Positions 40,334 to 52,961 of a stretch of 64,000 bases of DNA are shown here, one piece after another; positions within the stretch are counted from its first letter, which is position 1; the number at the start of each line of letters is the position of its first letter. Source of the DNA: an uncultured Nitrososphaeria archaeon (GTDB lineage Archaea; Thermoproteota; Nitrososphaeria_A; Caldarchaeales; Wolframiiraptoraceae). Made by a program: the position numbers and the translations under genes. The notes under the pieces were generated by a model that searched no databases, was not told the DNA's origin, and worked only from the letters and a program-made list of their open reading frames with translations. Where the stretch lies: NCBI GenBank assembly GCA_964655015.1, contig CAZZKR010000022.1:6583-70582 (forward strand), read 5' to 3'.

Positions 40334-40912
40334 TTGGTTAAAAAGCATTATATCATGGAGAAGCATATAGTCATTCTGGGTTTTGCGGGCAGTTTAAGAA
40401 AAGACTCATACAACAAAGCGTTACTTCGCGCTGCAGCCGAGTTACTTCCGGAAGGAGCTGAGCTTGAGATTTTTGATATTGAAGGAATCCCCCTTTACAA
40501 TCAAGATTTGGAATATGAACTGCCAGTAAAAGTTAAGGAGTTTAAAGCGAAGATAAGGTCCGCAGACGCAATTCTCGTGGCTACGCCAGAATACAACTAT
40601 TCGATTCCTGGAGTCTTAAAAAATGCTATAGACTGGGCTTCTCGACCACTGGGTGACAATTCTTTTGAGGGTAAAGCCGTAGCCATCATGAGCGCATCCA
40701 TCGGAATGTTGGGAGGCGTCCGCGCTCAATACCATCTTAGACAAGTGTTTGTATCTTTAAATATGTATCCAATAAATAAGCCTGAGGTTATTGTGCCATT
40801 CGCTAAGGAAAAGTTTGATGAAAATGGACGGTTGAAGGACGATGAAACGCGGACCAAAATCCGGGAACTGCTTGAAAATCTCGTGACTTGGGCTAAAAAA
40901 TTAAAGACTTAA
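40334..40912 (+). CDS. NAD(P)H-dependent FMN reductase family protein
   Basis: ILGFAGSLRKDSYN, ATPEYNYSIPGVLKNAIDW. The likely true start is ATG 40355 (MEKHIVIL). Confidence 0.8.
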   Translation: MVKKHYIMEKHIVILGFAGSLRKDSYNKALLRAAAELLPEGAELEIFDIEGIPLYNQDLEYELPVKVKEFKAKIRSADAILVATPEYNYSIPGVLKNAIDWASRPLGDNSFEGKAVAIMSASIGMLGGVRAQYHLRQVFVSLNMYPINKPEVIVPFAKEKFDENGRLKDDETRTKIRELLENLVTWAKKLKT

Positions 40913-40985
40913 ATATCAAAAAATTCTAGCTTTAGGTAACATTTTTATTTTTCTTCTAGACTTTATTTATTTTTAAGGAAATCGT

Positions 40986-41222
40986 ATGGGAGGCAGTTCT
41001 TATAGAAAATTAGATTGCTTGGGGCTTTATTGTCCAGAGCCGGTTTTTAGGACAAGAATGGAGCTTGACAAGATGAAGGTTGGCGAGGTTCTTGAAGTTT
41101 TAGCAGATGATCCTGCTGCAGAAGAAGATATTAAAAGTCTAGTGAAGAATTTGGGACAAGAGATCATAAGCGTAACCAGAAGGGGAAATCAAGTTCAAAT
41201 TCTGATTAAAAAAGTTAAATAA
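40986..41222 (+). CDS. tusA: TusA/SirA-family sulfur carrier
   Basis: LDCLGLYCPEPV (CPxP active-site motif), 78 aa. Confidence 0.8.
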   Translation: MGGSSYRKLDCLGLYCPEPVFRTRMELDKMKVGEVLEVLADDPAAEEDIKSLVKNLGQEIISVTRRGNQVQILIKKVK

Positions 41223-41241
41223 ACGGTCATGAGGTGAAACG

Positions 41242-41610
41242 TTGGCGGAAAAGAAAAAAATTTTGTATATTCAAACAAGCGGAGTTGACACCCCTGAACG
41301 TGCCTATGCCCCGTTCATTTTGGCAACTACAGCAGCCATGATGGGAATCGATGCTACAATATATTTTCTAATAAAGGGTGTAACTATAGTTAAGAAGGGC
41401 GAGGCTGAAAAAATAAAGATGGGTGGTTTTCCATCCTTGAAGGAAGTTATGGATCAAGCGGTCAAGGCTGGAGTTAAACTCATGGTGTGTGAACAGAGTT
41501 GTATGTTGCTTGGCATTCCACGGGGTGACTTCACACCAGAAGCCAAAATAGTAGGCGCAGCGACCTTGAATGATCTGGCCTTAAACGCAGATGCGGTTAT
41601 ATGCTTCTAG
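41242..41610 (+). CDS. DsrE/DsrF-like sulfur-relay family protein (COG2044-type)
   Basis: About 120 aa; ILYIQTSG...P....FILA N-terminus and conserved Cys pair VCEQSC. Confidence 0.65.
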   Translation: MAEKKKILYIQTSGVDTPERAYAPFILATTAAMMGIDATIYFLIKGVTIVKKGEAEKIKMGGFPSLKEVMDQAVKAGVKLMVCEQSCMLLGIPRGDFTPEAKIVGAATLNDLALNADAVICF

Positions 41611-41624
41611 AGGAGGAATTATAA

Positions 41625-42809
41625 ATGTCAACTCCTAAAAAAATTTATATGGATCATGTTGCTGGGAAACCTGTTGATCCCCGCGTTATAGAAGCCATGA
41701 TACCATTCATTAAGGATTTTTACGGTAACCCATCATCGATTCATTCATTTGGATATGAGTCGAAAAAGGCTTTGGAGGAAGCAAGAGCGAAAATTGCCAA
41801 ACTTATAAACGCCGAAAGCCCTGAGTCTATAATTTTCACTTCTGGGGCCACAGAAAGTAACAATATGGCTATCAAAGGTGTCGCGTATAGAAATATAGAT
41901 AAGGGTAAACACGTAATAGCCTCAAGTATCGAACATATGTCGGTAATTAACCCGTGTAAATACTTAAAAACTAAAGGTTTTGATGTGACCTTTCTTCCGG
42001 TAGACAAGTACGGTTTAGTCGACCTCAATAGTTTAGAACGTGAGTTGAGGGAAGAAACGATTCTCGTTTCCATCCAGTATGCTAACAATGAAATAGGAAC
42101 AATTCAACCAATAAGGGAAATAAGTCAAATAGTCCACAGAAAAAACGCATATCTGCACGTGGATGCTACGGCCGCCAATGGACAAATCCCAATAGATGTT
42201 CAAAAAGACGGAATTGACCTTCTAACACTATCTTCCAACGACATGTATGGACCTAAAGGGGTTGGGGCCCTTTATGTTCGTAGCGGAGTACGCATTGAAC
42301 CCATAATCCATGGCGGCGGCCAAGAAAGAGGTTTACGTTCAGGAACAGAAAACGTGCCAGGCATAGTTGGGTTTGGAAAAGCGGCGGAAATAGCTGTTAA
42401 TGAGATGCAAGCCGAAAGTGAAAGGCTTAGCAGGCTTAGAGACAAACTCATTAAAGGCTTACTAGAATCCATACCATACGCTTTCTTGAATGGTCACCCA
42501 ACAAACCGCTTGCCAGATAACGCCGCGGTGAGGTTCAACTTTATAGAAGGCGAATCCATACTATTAAGCCTTGACATGATGGGGGTGGCAGCCTCGTCAG
42601 GCTCTGCCTGCACCGCAAAAACTTTAGAGCCTTCCCACGTACTGCTTGCAATTGGACTGAAACATGAAGAAGCCCACGGTTCAGTACTATTCACCCTTGG
42701 AAGACAAAACACAGAAGACGAAGTAGACTATGTTATTCAAATAATGCCAAACATAGTAAAAAGGTTAAGAGCCATGTCTCCCTTAACGCCTAAGGAGTTG
42801 CTTGGTTGA
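41625..42809 (+). CDS. Cysteine desulfurase (NifS/IscS class)
   Basis: PLP-enzyme layout, SSGSACT active-site Cys loop, HVDA...Q motif. Confidence 0.9.
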   Translation: MSTPKKIYMDHVAGKPVDPRVIEAMIPFIKDFYGNPSSIHSFGYESKKALEEARAKIAKLINAESPESIIFTSGATESNNMAIKGVAYRNIDKGKHVIASSIEHMSVINPCKYLKTKGFDVTFLPVDKYGLVDLNSLERELREETILVSIQYANNEIGTIQPIREISQIVHRKNAYLHVDATAANGQIPIDVQKDGIDLLTLSSNDMYGPKGVGALYVRSGVRIEPIIHGGGQERGLRSGTENVPGIVGFGKAAEIAVNEMQAESERLSRLRDKLIKGLLESIPYAFLNGHPTNRLPDNAAVRFNFIEGESILLSLDMMGVAASSGSACTAKTLEPSHVLLAIGLKHEEAHGSVLFTLGRQNTEDEVDYVIQIMPNIVKRLRAMSPLTPKELLG

Positions 42810-43195
42810 TGTATAGCGAAAAAGTAATGGAACATTTCAGAAATCCCCGAAACATGGGGGAAATCAAAGATGCTGACGGTGTCGGCACAGTCGGAAATCC
42901 TGTTTGCGGAGACATGATGACCATATACATAAAAGTTAAAGATAACCGCATAGAGGACATAAAATTTAAAACCTTTGGCTGCGGCGCCGCAATAGCAACA
43001 AGCAGCATGATAACTGAATTGGCAAAAGGAAAAACTCTGGAAGAAGCGTTAAAAATAACACGTAAGGATGTAGCAGACGCCCTAGAAGGGCTTCCGCCAG
43101 TAAAGATGCACTGCTCAAATCTAGCGGCAGACGCCCTCAAAGCTGCAATTGAAGATTATTACAAAAAACAGAAAGGAAAGGTGGAAAAACAATGA
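42806..43195 (+). CDS. iscU: IscU/NifU-type Fe-S scaffold
   Basis: GNPVCGDMM, FGCGAAIATSS, HCSNLA (three ligand Cys). Confidence 0.9.
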   Translation: MMYSEKVMEHFRNPRNMGEIKDADGVGTVGNPVCGDMMTIYIKVKDNRIEDIKFKTFGCGAAIATSSMITELAKGKTLEEALKITRKDVADALEGLPPVKMHCSNLAADALKAAIEDYYKKQKGKVEKQ

Positions 43196-43358
43196 AAAAA
43201 GAGTTTATTAGGTGCGAGTTCTGTAACATACCGATTCCGTTAGAAACGTGCCAATTAGCAACTTATCGCGTTACTATCAACGGAAAAGAGTACGTTTTTT
43301 GTTGTCAGAAATGCGCTGAAAAGTATCAAAATCTTCAATCAAATAAGCATCAAGAAAA

Positions 43359-43365
<7 letters not shown>
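43192..43365 (+). CDS. Unannotated TRASH/zf-like Cys-rich micro-protein (57 aa)
   Basis: Hand translation: MKKEFIRCEFCNIPIPLETCQLATYRVTINGKEYVFCCQKCAEKYQNLQSNKHQEKW*. The pattern CxxC...CxxxC is TRASH-like. The ATG overlaps the iscU stop (ATGA) and its own end overlaps the next gene's start. Confidence 0.5.
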
Positions 43366-46257
<2,892 letters not shown>

Positions 46258-46357
46258 CTGACTTTATATTTTTAAACAATGTAGCCTCTGAGGTTTACGA
46301 AAATATCATCGAAGAGCGGTACGTCCCTACAAAGTAAATTTCGCCTGATCCTCATTT

Positions 46358-46627
46358 TTATTTTTCAATGATATATTTAACTCTGATGGTTTCGTGTCCA
46401 AGTTCCTTGAAACTTTTGATTTTCATTTTTACATCAATCAATTCCCGCAATTCGTAAATGAAATCTTCAAAATAGTCGACCACTCCGCAAGTCCTACAGA
46501 AACTTCCCTCAAAATCTAACACGAGCTCTCTATCGCTTATCTTAACAAGCTTAGCTTTAGCTTCAGGGCTTCTATATTTGTTGTATTCTTCTATTGCCTT
46601 TAAGACAGAATCCTTAAAACTTAACAT
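46358..46627 (-). CDS. Hypothetical small protein
   Basis: 89-aa ORF with a single CRTC pair; no recognised family. Confidence 0.35.
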   Translation of the reverse strand: MLSFKDSVLKAIEEYNKYRSPEAKAKLVKISDRELVLDFEGSFCRTCGVVDYFEDFIYELRELIDVKMKIKSFKELGHETIRVKYIIEK

Positions 46628-46892
46628 CGCGGGATACCAAAAAGAAAAAATGAAAGGTTCTGGGATTTAGCCTTTAACTTTGGGCAAACATAGTTATGCT
46701 CTGTCTAGAGCACATTCGTCCAATTTTAATATTCGCCCGATTTTCAGTCGCATCTGCCTACATGTAGGGTTTTTCTCCGAAGCAAACGTAACAGACTATT
46801 CTTCCATAACCATTAGCATTGCTTGCGTTAGTTTTGATTAGTCTTGCCTTAACATCTGAACGAATGGCAACAATAGGTGTAGAAGGAAAAAT

Positions 46893-48206
46893 TTGCAGAA
46901 TAATCTCCAACCATCTGCTGAAGTATGTGTCAATCGATCGGCGATAAAAACAATATATACTCACTTCGAAAAATCTTTTTTTAAAAGTGAAAAATATAAA
47001 TTAACCTCAGAAATAGGTAAAACATCCTTGGGGGTAAAGGGTACGAAAACTTTAGTTGATGCTAAAACAATTACTGCGATAGACCCCGAATTCCCAAATG
47101 CAATTATAAAGTTGGGAGCGGAGAGGTTTCATAGATGCTTTAATTGTGGCAATTGTACGGCTATCTGCCCGCTGACCCAAGATAAGGCATCTTATCCTAG
47201 GAAGCTTATACGTTACGCCGTTATGGGTTTAGAAGAGAGAGTAACGTCTTCTACTGATCCATGGTTATGCTACTATTGTGGTGAATGTAGCGATTATTGT
47301 CCTAGGGACGCCGACCCTGGAAGTTTTATGATGGCTTTAAGAAGATTGCTCATCCAAAAATACTCGATAGTTTCTAAAGCATTTTTCAATAAAATAGCCG
47401 CTGCGATAACTTGGATAGTTTTAACTATAATAGCTGCTCTAGGTATTTACTTTTTTAGAGGACACTCCCCAAATCTTGAAACTGTTGATTTATCATCTTT
47501 TCTATCAATAGATTTTATACATGATGCCGGACTAGCAGTTGGGGCAGTAGTGGGACTGTTTGCTTTATTGAATCTCATAAGCATGTATCGGAGCATCGCT
47601 AAGGGTATTTCATATTCTTACTCAAAAGTAGAGAGCAGAAATCCTGCGTTGTGGATTAAGAACTTCTTTAAAACCATAATCTACGAAGTCGCTGCACAGT
47701 TAAAATATAGTAAATGTTTAAAGAAAAGTCGATATGTTGCACACTTGGCATTATTCTGGGGCTTCTTAGGTTTATTTGTAGCAACGCTAATAGTCTTCGG
47801 AATAGACTTCTATGGGCTCCAGATATCGAGGGTTGTTCCTTTCGTTATTGGTGTTATATCCGGGGTAGTCATGCTTTACGGCTCTATCTACTTTATTATT
47901 GCAAGATTAAAGAAGAAGGAAACCTACGCAATGTATTCGTATCATACTGATTGGGTCTTTCTAATACTGCTGTTTCTTGCGGGCGTTACTGGATTCTTAC
48001 TGGCAATATTTGTAAAAGTAAATTTGCCCATGGAATCTTACATAACGTATGCAGTGCATTTAATAGTGGTATTTGACTTACTAATTTCTGCCCCATTTAC
48101 TAAATTTGCCCATGCAATTTATAGACCTCTAGCCCTCTGGATTGATAGTACAGTAAGAGAATCCCCGATTATAGGAGGCATAATGGGAGGTGGTAGGGGT
48201 GGCTAA
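46893..48206 (+). CDS. QmoC-like protein: HdrC-like 2x[4Fe-4S] domain fused to a NarI/HdrE-like membrane cytochrome-b-type domain
   Basis: CFNCGNCTAICP and CYYCGECSDYCP, then about 6 hydrophobic helices with conserved His residues, ending FTKFAHAIYRP. The first roughly 45 codons have no ATG. A TTG at 47028 downstream of a TATA-like AAATATAAATT is a plausible true start, giving about 392 aa. Confidence 0.7.
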   Translation: MQNNLQPSAEVCVNRSAIKTIYTHFEKSFFKSEKYKLTSEIGKTSLGVKGTKTLVDAKTITAIDPEFPNAIIKLGAERFHRCFNCGNCTAICPLTQDKASYPRKLIRYAVMGLEERVTSSTDPWLCYYCGECSDYCPRDADPGSFMMALRRLLIQKYSIVSKAFFNKIAAAITWIVLTIIAALGIYFFRGHSPNLETVDLSSFLSIDFIHDAGLAVGAVVGLFALLNLISMYRSIAKGISYSYSKVESRNPALWIKNFFKTIIYEVAAQLKYSKCLKKSRYVAHLALFWGFLGLFVATLIVFGIDFYGLQISRVVPFVIGVISGVVMLYGSIYFIIARLKKKETYAMYSYHTDWVFLILLFLAGVTGFLLAIFVKVNLPMESYITYAVHLIVVFDLLISAPFTKFAHAIYRPLALWIDSTVRESPIIGGIMGGGRGG

Positions 48207-49476
48207 ACCAGTCCTAGTTATTGGTGGCGGTATTGCGGGTATACAAGCATCGCTCGACCTTGCCGATCAAGGTGTTAAGGTCTACCTAGTAGAGAAGCTG
48301 CCTAGTATAGGTGGTAAGATGGCTCGCCTTGACAAGACTTTCCCAACCTTAGACTGTGCCTCATGCATTCTTACACCTAAGATGGTTTCGGTTGCGAGGC
48401 ATCCTAACATAGAACTTCTAACATACTCTGAAGTAGTGGAGGTTAAGGGCTCGGCTGGAGACTTCCATGTAAAAGTGTTGAAGAAGCCAAGGTATGTCGA
48501 TGAAGATAAGTGTATAGGATGTGGGGAATGTATTGCTAAGTGTCCATCCAAAGTTCCGGATGAATTTAACATGGGTATGAGTCAGAGAAAAGCGATATAC
48601 TTCCTATTCCCGCAAGCCGTTCCGCTTAAAGCAACCATAGATAAAGAACATTGCCTCTACTTTACTAAGAACATATGCCGTGTATGTGAAAGGATCTGCC
48701 CAACCAAAGCAGTAAACTTTGAACAGAAACCTGAAACCCTAGAACTTAATGTAGCTTCCATAATAATTGCTACAGGATACGAATTGATGGATCCACATCT
48801 CGCAGCAACATATGGTTATGGAAAATATTCAAACGTATATCTATCGTTAGAGTTTGAAAGGCTTGTATCATCCACTGGACCGACTGGAGGAGAGATCGTG
48901 AGGAGGTCAGATAATAAGCATCCGAAGAGCATAGCTTTCATACAATGCGTATGTTCCAGAGACGTTAAGATAAACCCGAACTGTTCAGCTTTCTGTTGCA
49001 TGGCTTCAGTTAAGCATGCAATCCTAGCAAAAGAACATTTGCCAGAAGTCGACTGCACAATATTCTACATGGATCTTAGAGCATTCGGGAAAGGATACCA
49101 AGAATTCTACAATAGAGCCATGAAAGAGTTTGGTATAAAGTTCATCAGAGCTAAACCCGCAAAGATCGAAGAAGACCCTGAAACCAAGGACTTAATAATA
49201 ACCTACGATGATACATTAACAAGCATTAAGAGAACTATGAGGGTAGATATGGTCGTATTAGCTGTGGGTGTTAAACCCGTTTACCCAGAAGTGTTGCCTT
49301 TAAAAATCGGAGAGGATGGGTACGTATGTTTAAAGGACCCAATCATGGAATCTATAGCATCAACTATAGACGGGATATACGTTGTAGGTGTAGCAGCGGG
49401 CGCAAAGGACATCCCAGACTCTGTTGTACAAGCGGGTTCAGCAGCAGCTAAAGCATCTATATTGGCTGGGGTGTAA
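48190..49476 (+). CDS. QmoA-like short HdrA-family flavoprotein
   Basis: VIGGGIAGIQAS FAD motif, TFPTLDCASCILTPK, inserted CIGCGECIAKCP. It lacks the HdrA N-terminal and C-terminal ferredoxin domains. The likely start is GTG 48202. Confidence 0.8.
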   Translation: MVGVAKPVLVIGGGIAGIQASLDLADQGVKVYLVEKLPSIGGKMARLDKTFPTLDCASCILTPKMVSVARHPNIELLTYSEVVEVKGSAGDFHVKVLKKPRYVDEDKCIGCGECIAKCPSKVPDEFNMGMSQRKAIYFLFPQAVPLKATIDKEHCLYFTKNICRVCERICPTKAVNFEQKPETLELNVASIIIATGYELMDPHLAATYGYGKYSNVYLSLEFERLVSSTGPTGGEIVRRSDNKHPKSIAFIQCVCSRDVKINPNCSAFCCMASVKHAILAKEHLPEVDCTIFYMDLRAFGKGYQEFYNRAMKEFGIKFIRAKPAKIEEDPETKDLIITYDDTLTSIKRTMRVDMVVLAVGVKPVYPEVLPLKIGEDGYVCLKDPIMESIASTIDGIYVVGVAAGAKDIPDSVVQAGSAAAKASILAGV

Positions 49477-49479
49477 AAC

Positions 49480-51492
49480 ATGAGTGAAGAACCTAGGATA
49501 GGAGTGTACATATGCCATTGTGGATTAAACATTGCAGGTACGGTCAATATAAAAGAAGTAGTTGAATACGCAAAGAACCTTCCAAACGTCGTAGAGGCGA
49601 GAGATTATGTCTTTATGTGTTCTGCTCCAGGTCAGGACATCATTAAAGAAGGCATAAAGAAGCATAATCTGAACAGAGTTGTAGTAGCAGCTTGCTCTCC
49701 AACTATGCATGAACCTACTTTTAGAAATGCGCTGGCTGAAGCTGGCTTGAACCCGTACCTGCTAGAAATGGCGAACATCAGAGAACAATGTTCTTGGGTT
49801 CACTCGGACAAGGAGGCGGCAACCGCTAAAGCTAAGCTATTGGTGAGAATGGCTGTGGCTAAAGCATCATTACTTGAACCACTTAAAGATATAAAATTCA
49901 AAGTCAATAAGAACGTATTGATTATAGGAGGAGGGGTTGCGGGACTCTCTGCTGCTAGGGATCTAGCCGCCAAAGGTTTCAAAGTCTACCTTATTGAAAG
50001 GAAGCCTGTAATTGGTGGGAACACTGCTAGACTTGGGAGGCTCGTACATACAAAATTAAAAGGAATAGATGTTGTGAAGGAATTATCAAAGGACGTCATA
50101 AACAACCCAAACATCCAAATATATGTAAACACTGAGCTAACAAACGTCGACGGCTCTGTTGGAGATTTTAAGATTAAGCTGATAAAGAATCCGAGGTACG
50201 TCAATGAAAACTGCAACCTGTGTGGTGAATGTGTTAAGGTATGTCCAGTCGAGGTTCCAAATGAATACGAGTTCGGCTTAACAAAAAGGAAAGCGATCTA
50301 TCTACCATATAAAGGAGCCTATCCACCACTCTACGTAATAGACTCAGAGAACTGTACAAGATGTCTTGAATGCGTTAAAGTATGTCCAACGCATGCTATA
50401 AACTTAGATCAGAAACCTGAGGAAATAGAATTAAGAGTTGGAGCAATAATAGTTGCCGCAGGACACGAACCATACGAACCGCCAGTCGGAGAATTCGGGT
50501 ACGGTTTATCGAATAGAATAATAACGCTATTCCAGCTTGAAAGGCTGCTTGATACAGAAGGTCCAACAAACGGTGAGTTAAAGATAAATGGTATACAACC
50601 CAAAAACATCGTATTCATAATGTGTGTGGGATCGCTTAATACAACTCCAAACGCATACCCGTACTGCTCCAGAATGTGCTGTGCATCGACGATAAAGAAT
50701 GCATTAATAATCAAAGAGAAATATCCAGAAGCAAACATATACATCCTACACAAAGACATAAGAACGTACAATAGGCTGGACGAGCAGCTTTACATTAAAG
50801 CTGGAGAAGGTCTGATCAGGTTTGCAAGATACAGAGAAGCTCCAAACGTCGTCCGCCTCTTTGAGATAATGGGTAGTGAAAAATTGCCTACCGAACTCCT
50901 TAAAAAATTCCCCCTCCTCGTCAATCCTGATGGGAGCATCAATGTAAGATTCTTCGAAGAAACAATTCAAGAAGAAATATCTATCCCCGCCGACCTAGTA
51001 GTGTTATCAGTTGGTATGAAACCTCCAAAAGATATTGATAAAGTTAGGACGCTAACAAAGGTAGGATGCGGTCCAGAAGGATTCCTTAAGGAAGCACACT
51101 TAAAGCTTAGGCCGGTTGAAGCAACTACTGATGGGGTATATCTTGCGGGGACTGTGACTGGACCGAAAAACATAGCCGAGTCAATAGAATCTGGAAGCGC
51201 TGCAGCCTCTAAAGCATTAGGGCTTCTTACAAAAGAAGAAGTTAAAGTAGAACCGCTAATTGCTGTAGTAAATGAAGAAATATGCAGTGGCTGCGCAATA
51301 TGCATAGGAATGTGTCCATACAACGCGATAAGATTAAAGGTTCAAGAAAACGTTAGGGTTGCAGAAGTGGACCCGGCACTATGTAAAGGGTGTGGAACAT
51401 GCGTAGCTTCATGTCCAACGGGTGCAATGCAACAGTATAGCTTCAAAGACAATCAATTGAAGAACCAACTCGTAGCAGCTTTTATCGGGTGA
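49480..51492 (+). CDS. hdrA: Full-length HdrA-family (QmoB-like) FAD/FeS protein
   Basis: N-terminal IGVYICHCGLNIAG...VVVAACSP domain, IIGGGVAGLSAA, CNLCGECVKVCP, C-terminal CSGCAICIGMCP and CKGCGTCVASCP. Confidence 0.85.
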   Translation: MSEEPRIGVYICHCGLNIAGTVNIKEVVEYAKNLPNVVEARDYVFMCSAPGQDIIKEGIKKHNLNRVVVAACSPTMHEPTFRNALAEAGLNPYLLEMANIREQCSWVHSDKEAATAKAKLLVRMAVAKASLLEPLKDIKFKVNKNVLIIGGGVAGLSAARDLAAKGFKVYLIERKPVIGGNTARLGRLVHTKLKGIDVVKELSKDVINNPNIQIYVNTELTNVDGSVGDFKIKLIKNPRYVNENCNLCGECVKVCPVEVPNEYEFGLTKRKAIYLPYKGAYPPLYVIDSENCTRCLECVKVCPTHAINLDQKPEEIELRVGAIIVAAGHEPYEPPVGEFGYGLSNRIITLFQLERLLDTEGPTNGELKINGIQPKNIVFIMCVGSLNTTPNAYPYCSRMCCASTIKNALIIKEKYPEANIYILHKDIRTYNRLDEQLYIKAGEGLIRFARYREAPNVVRLFEIMGSEKLPTELLKKFPLLVNPDGSINVRFFEETIQEEISIPADLVVLSVGMKPPKDIDKVRTLTKVGCGPEGFLKEAHLKLRPVEATTDGVYLAGTVTGPKNIAESIESGSAAASKALGLLTKEEVKVEPLIAVVNEEICSGCAICIGMCPYNAIRLKVQENVRVAEVDPALCKGCGTCVASCPTGAMQQYSFKDNQLKNQLVAAFIG

Positions 51493-51550
51493 GTTACATG
51501 AAGATTAAAAACACATATATTGTAATAATAGGTTGGTGTTGTGGACATAG

Positions 51551-51988
51551 GTGATTCAGATGAGCCAAAACTTTGAACCGAAAATAATCGCTTTTTTGTG
51601 TAACTGGTGTTCTTATGCTGCTCTCGACCTCGCAGGTACAAGCCGAATGAAGTATCCTCCAAACTTTTTAGTGATTAGAGTTATGTGCTCGGGCAGAGTT
51701 GATCCACAATTCATTCTTGAAGCTTTCAGAAGAGGTGCAGACGGAGTGCTTGTTGCGGGATGCCATCCGGGAGACTGCCACTATATTGAAGGTAACATTA
51801 AAACGTTGAGGAGGATGACGCTTCTAAAGAGGATGCTTGAAGAATTTGGGATAGAGAAGGAGAGGTTTAGGCTTGAATGGATCTCCGCAGCAGAAGCGGA
51901 TAAATTTGTTAAAGTGGCTAACGAAATGTTTGAGAAGATAAAGTCTCTAGGTCCGTTGAAACTAAAAGAGGTGAATACTCATGAATAA
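51551..51988 (+). CDS. mvhD: MvhD-like hydrogenase delta subunit
   Basis: IIAFLCNWCSYAALDLAG...VMCSGRV...AGCHPGDCHY. The probable start is ATG 51560, behind a GGTGAT Shine-Dalgarno sequence. Confidence 0.85.
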   Translation: MIQMSQNFEPKIIAFLCNWCSYAALDLAGTSRMKYPPNFLVIRVMCSGRVDPQFILEAFRRGADGVLVAGCHPGDCHYIEGNIKTLRRMTLLKRMLEEFGIEKERFRLEWISAAEADKFVKVANEMFEKIKSLGPLKLKEVNTHE

Positions 51989-52961
51989 ACCTAAGATAGC
52001 TCTATACTGGTGTGCAAGTTGTGGAGGATGCGAAGAAGCACAAGTAGACCTTGCAGAAAAGATCCTAGACCTTGTAAACCTTGTAGACATAGTATTCTGG
52101 CCAGTCGCCATGGATTACAAGATCGAAGACGTTGAGAAGCTTCCAGATGGATCGATTACTGCCAGCTTCATAAACGGTGGAATCAGGCTTAGCGAACACG
52201 AATACGTGGTAAAACTGCTAAGAAAGAAATCCAAGTTAGTCGTAGCCTATGGAGCATGCTCAGCGTGGGGCGGAGTCCCAGGCCTTGCAAACCTCTACAG
52301 TAGAGAAGAAATACTGAAATACGTATATCATGAAGCACCAACAGTAGAAAATCCTCAGAAGATACAACCACAATTAAAAATTAAAGCAGAGGAGGGGACA
52401 ACGCTTGAGCTACCTGAAGTCCTCCCGCGCCTCCTCCCACTAGACCTTGTAGTAGACGTGGATTATTATATTCCAGGATGTCCCCCAACACCAGAAGTAA
52501 CATGGAAAGCAATAGAAACTCTGCTGTCCGGAAATCTTCCAGCTAAAGGCTCCGTGCTTGGAGCATTAGATAAATCGCTCTGCTACGAGTGTCCATTAAA
52601 CGAGACCAAGCCTGAAAAAGTACTAATCAAAGATATCAAGAGACCGCATGAAGTAATCGCCGACCCATCCAAATGTTTATTAACACAAGGACTAATGTGC
52701 CTTGGACCAGTAACCCGTGGAGGATGTAGTGCACTCTGCATAAAAGCAGCCATGCCATGCACAGGATGTTTCGGCCCACTCAACGAAGTAATGGACTATG
52801 GTGGAAAAGCTGCATCGTACTTCGCAAGTATAGTGGATTATAGCGATGAAGAAGAAATTAAGAAAGTGTTGGGCAAGATTCTGGATCCGATGGGAATATT
52901 TTATAGATACTCCCTGCCAGCCTCAAGGCTTAGAGGGAAGATAACGGTAACGAGGAGGTGA
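51981..52961 (+). CDS. mvhG: [NiFe]-hydrogenase small subunit, MvhG-like
   Basis: YWCASCGGCEEA proximal-cluster motif, GACS.WGG, PGCPP, and distal Cys clusters. Confidence 0.85.
   Translation: MNKPKIALYWCASCGGCEEAQVDLAEKILDLVNLVDIVFWPVAMDYKIEDVEKLPDGSITASFINGGIRLSEHEYVVKLLRKKSKLVVAYGACSAWGGVPGLANLYSREEILKYVYHEAPTVENPQKIQPQLKIKAEEGTTLELPEVLPRLLPLDLVVDVDYYIPGCPPTPEVTWKAIETLLSGNLPAKGSVLGALDKSLCYECPLNETKPEKVLIKDIKRPHEVIADPSKCLLTQGLMCLGPVTRGGCSALCIKAAMPCTGCFGPLNEVMDYGGKAASYFASIVDYSDEEEIKKVLGKILDPMGIFYRYSLPASRLRGKITVTRR

Noticed and set aside
46758-46964. 68-aa minus-strand ORF upstream of the QmoC-like gene
   Set aside because: No motif and poor context. It overlaps the probably untranslated 5' extension of the plus-strand ORF.
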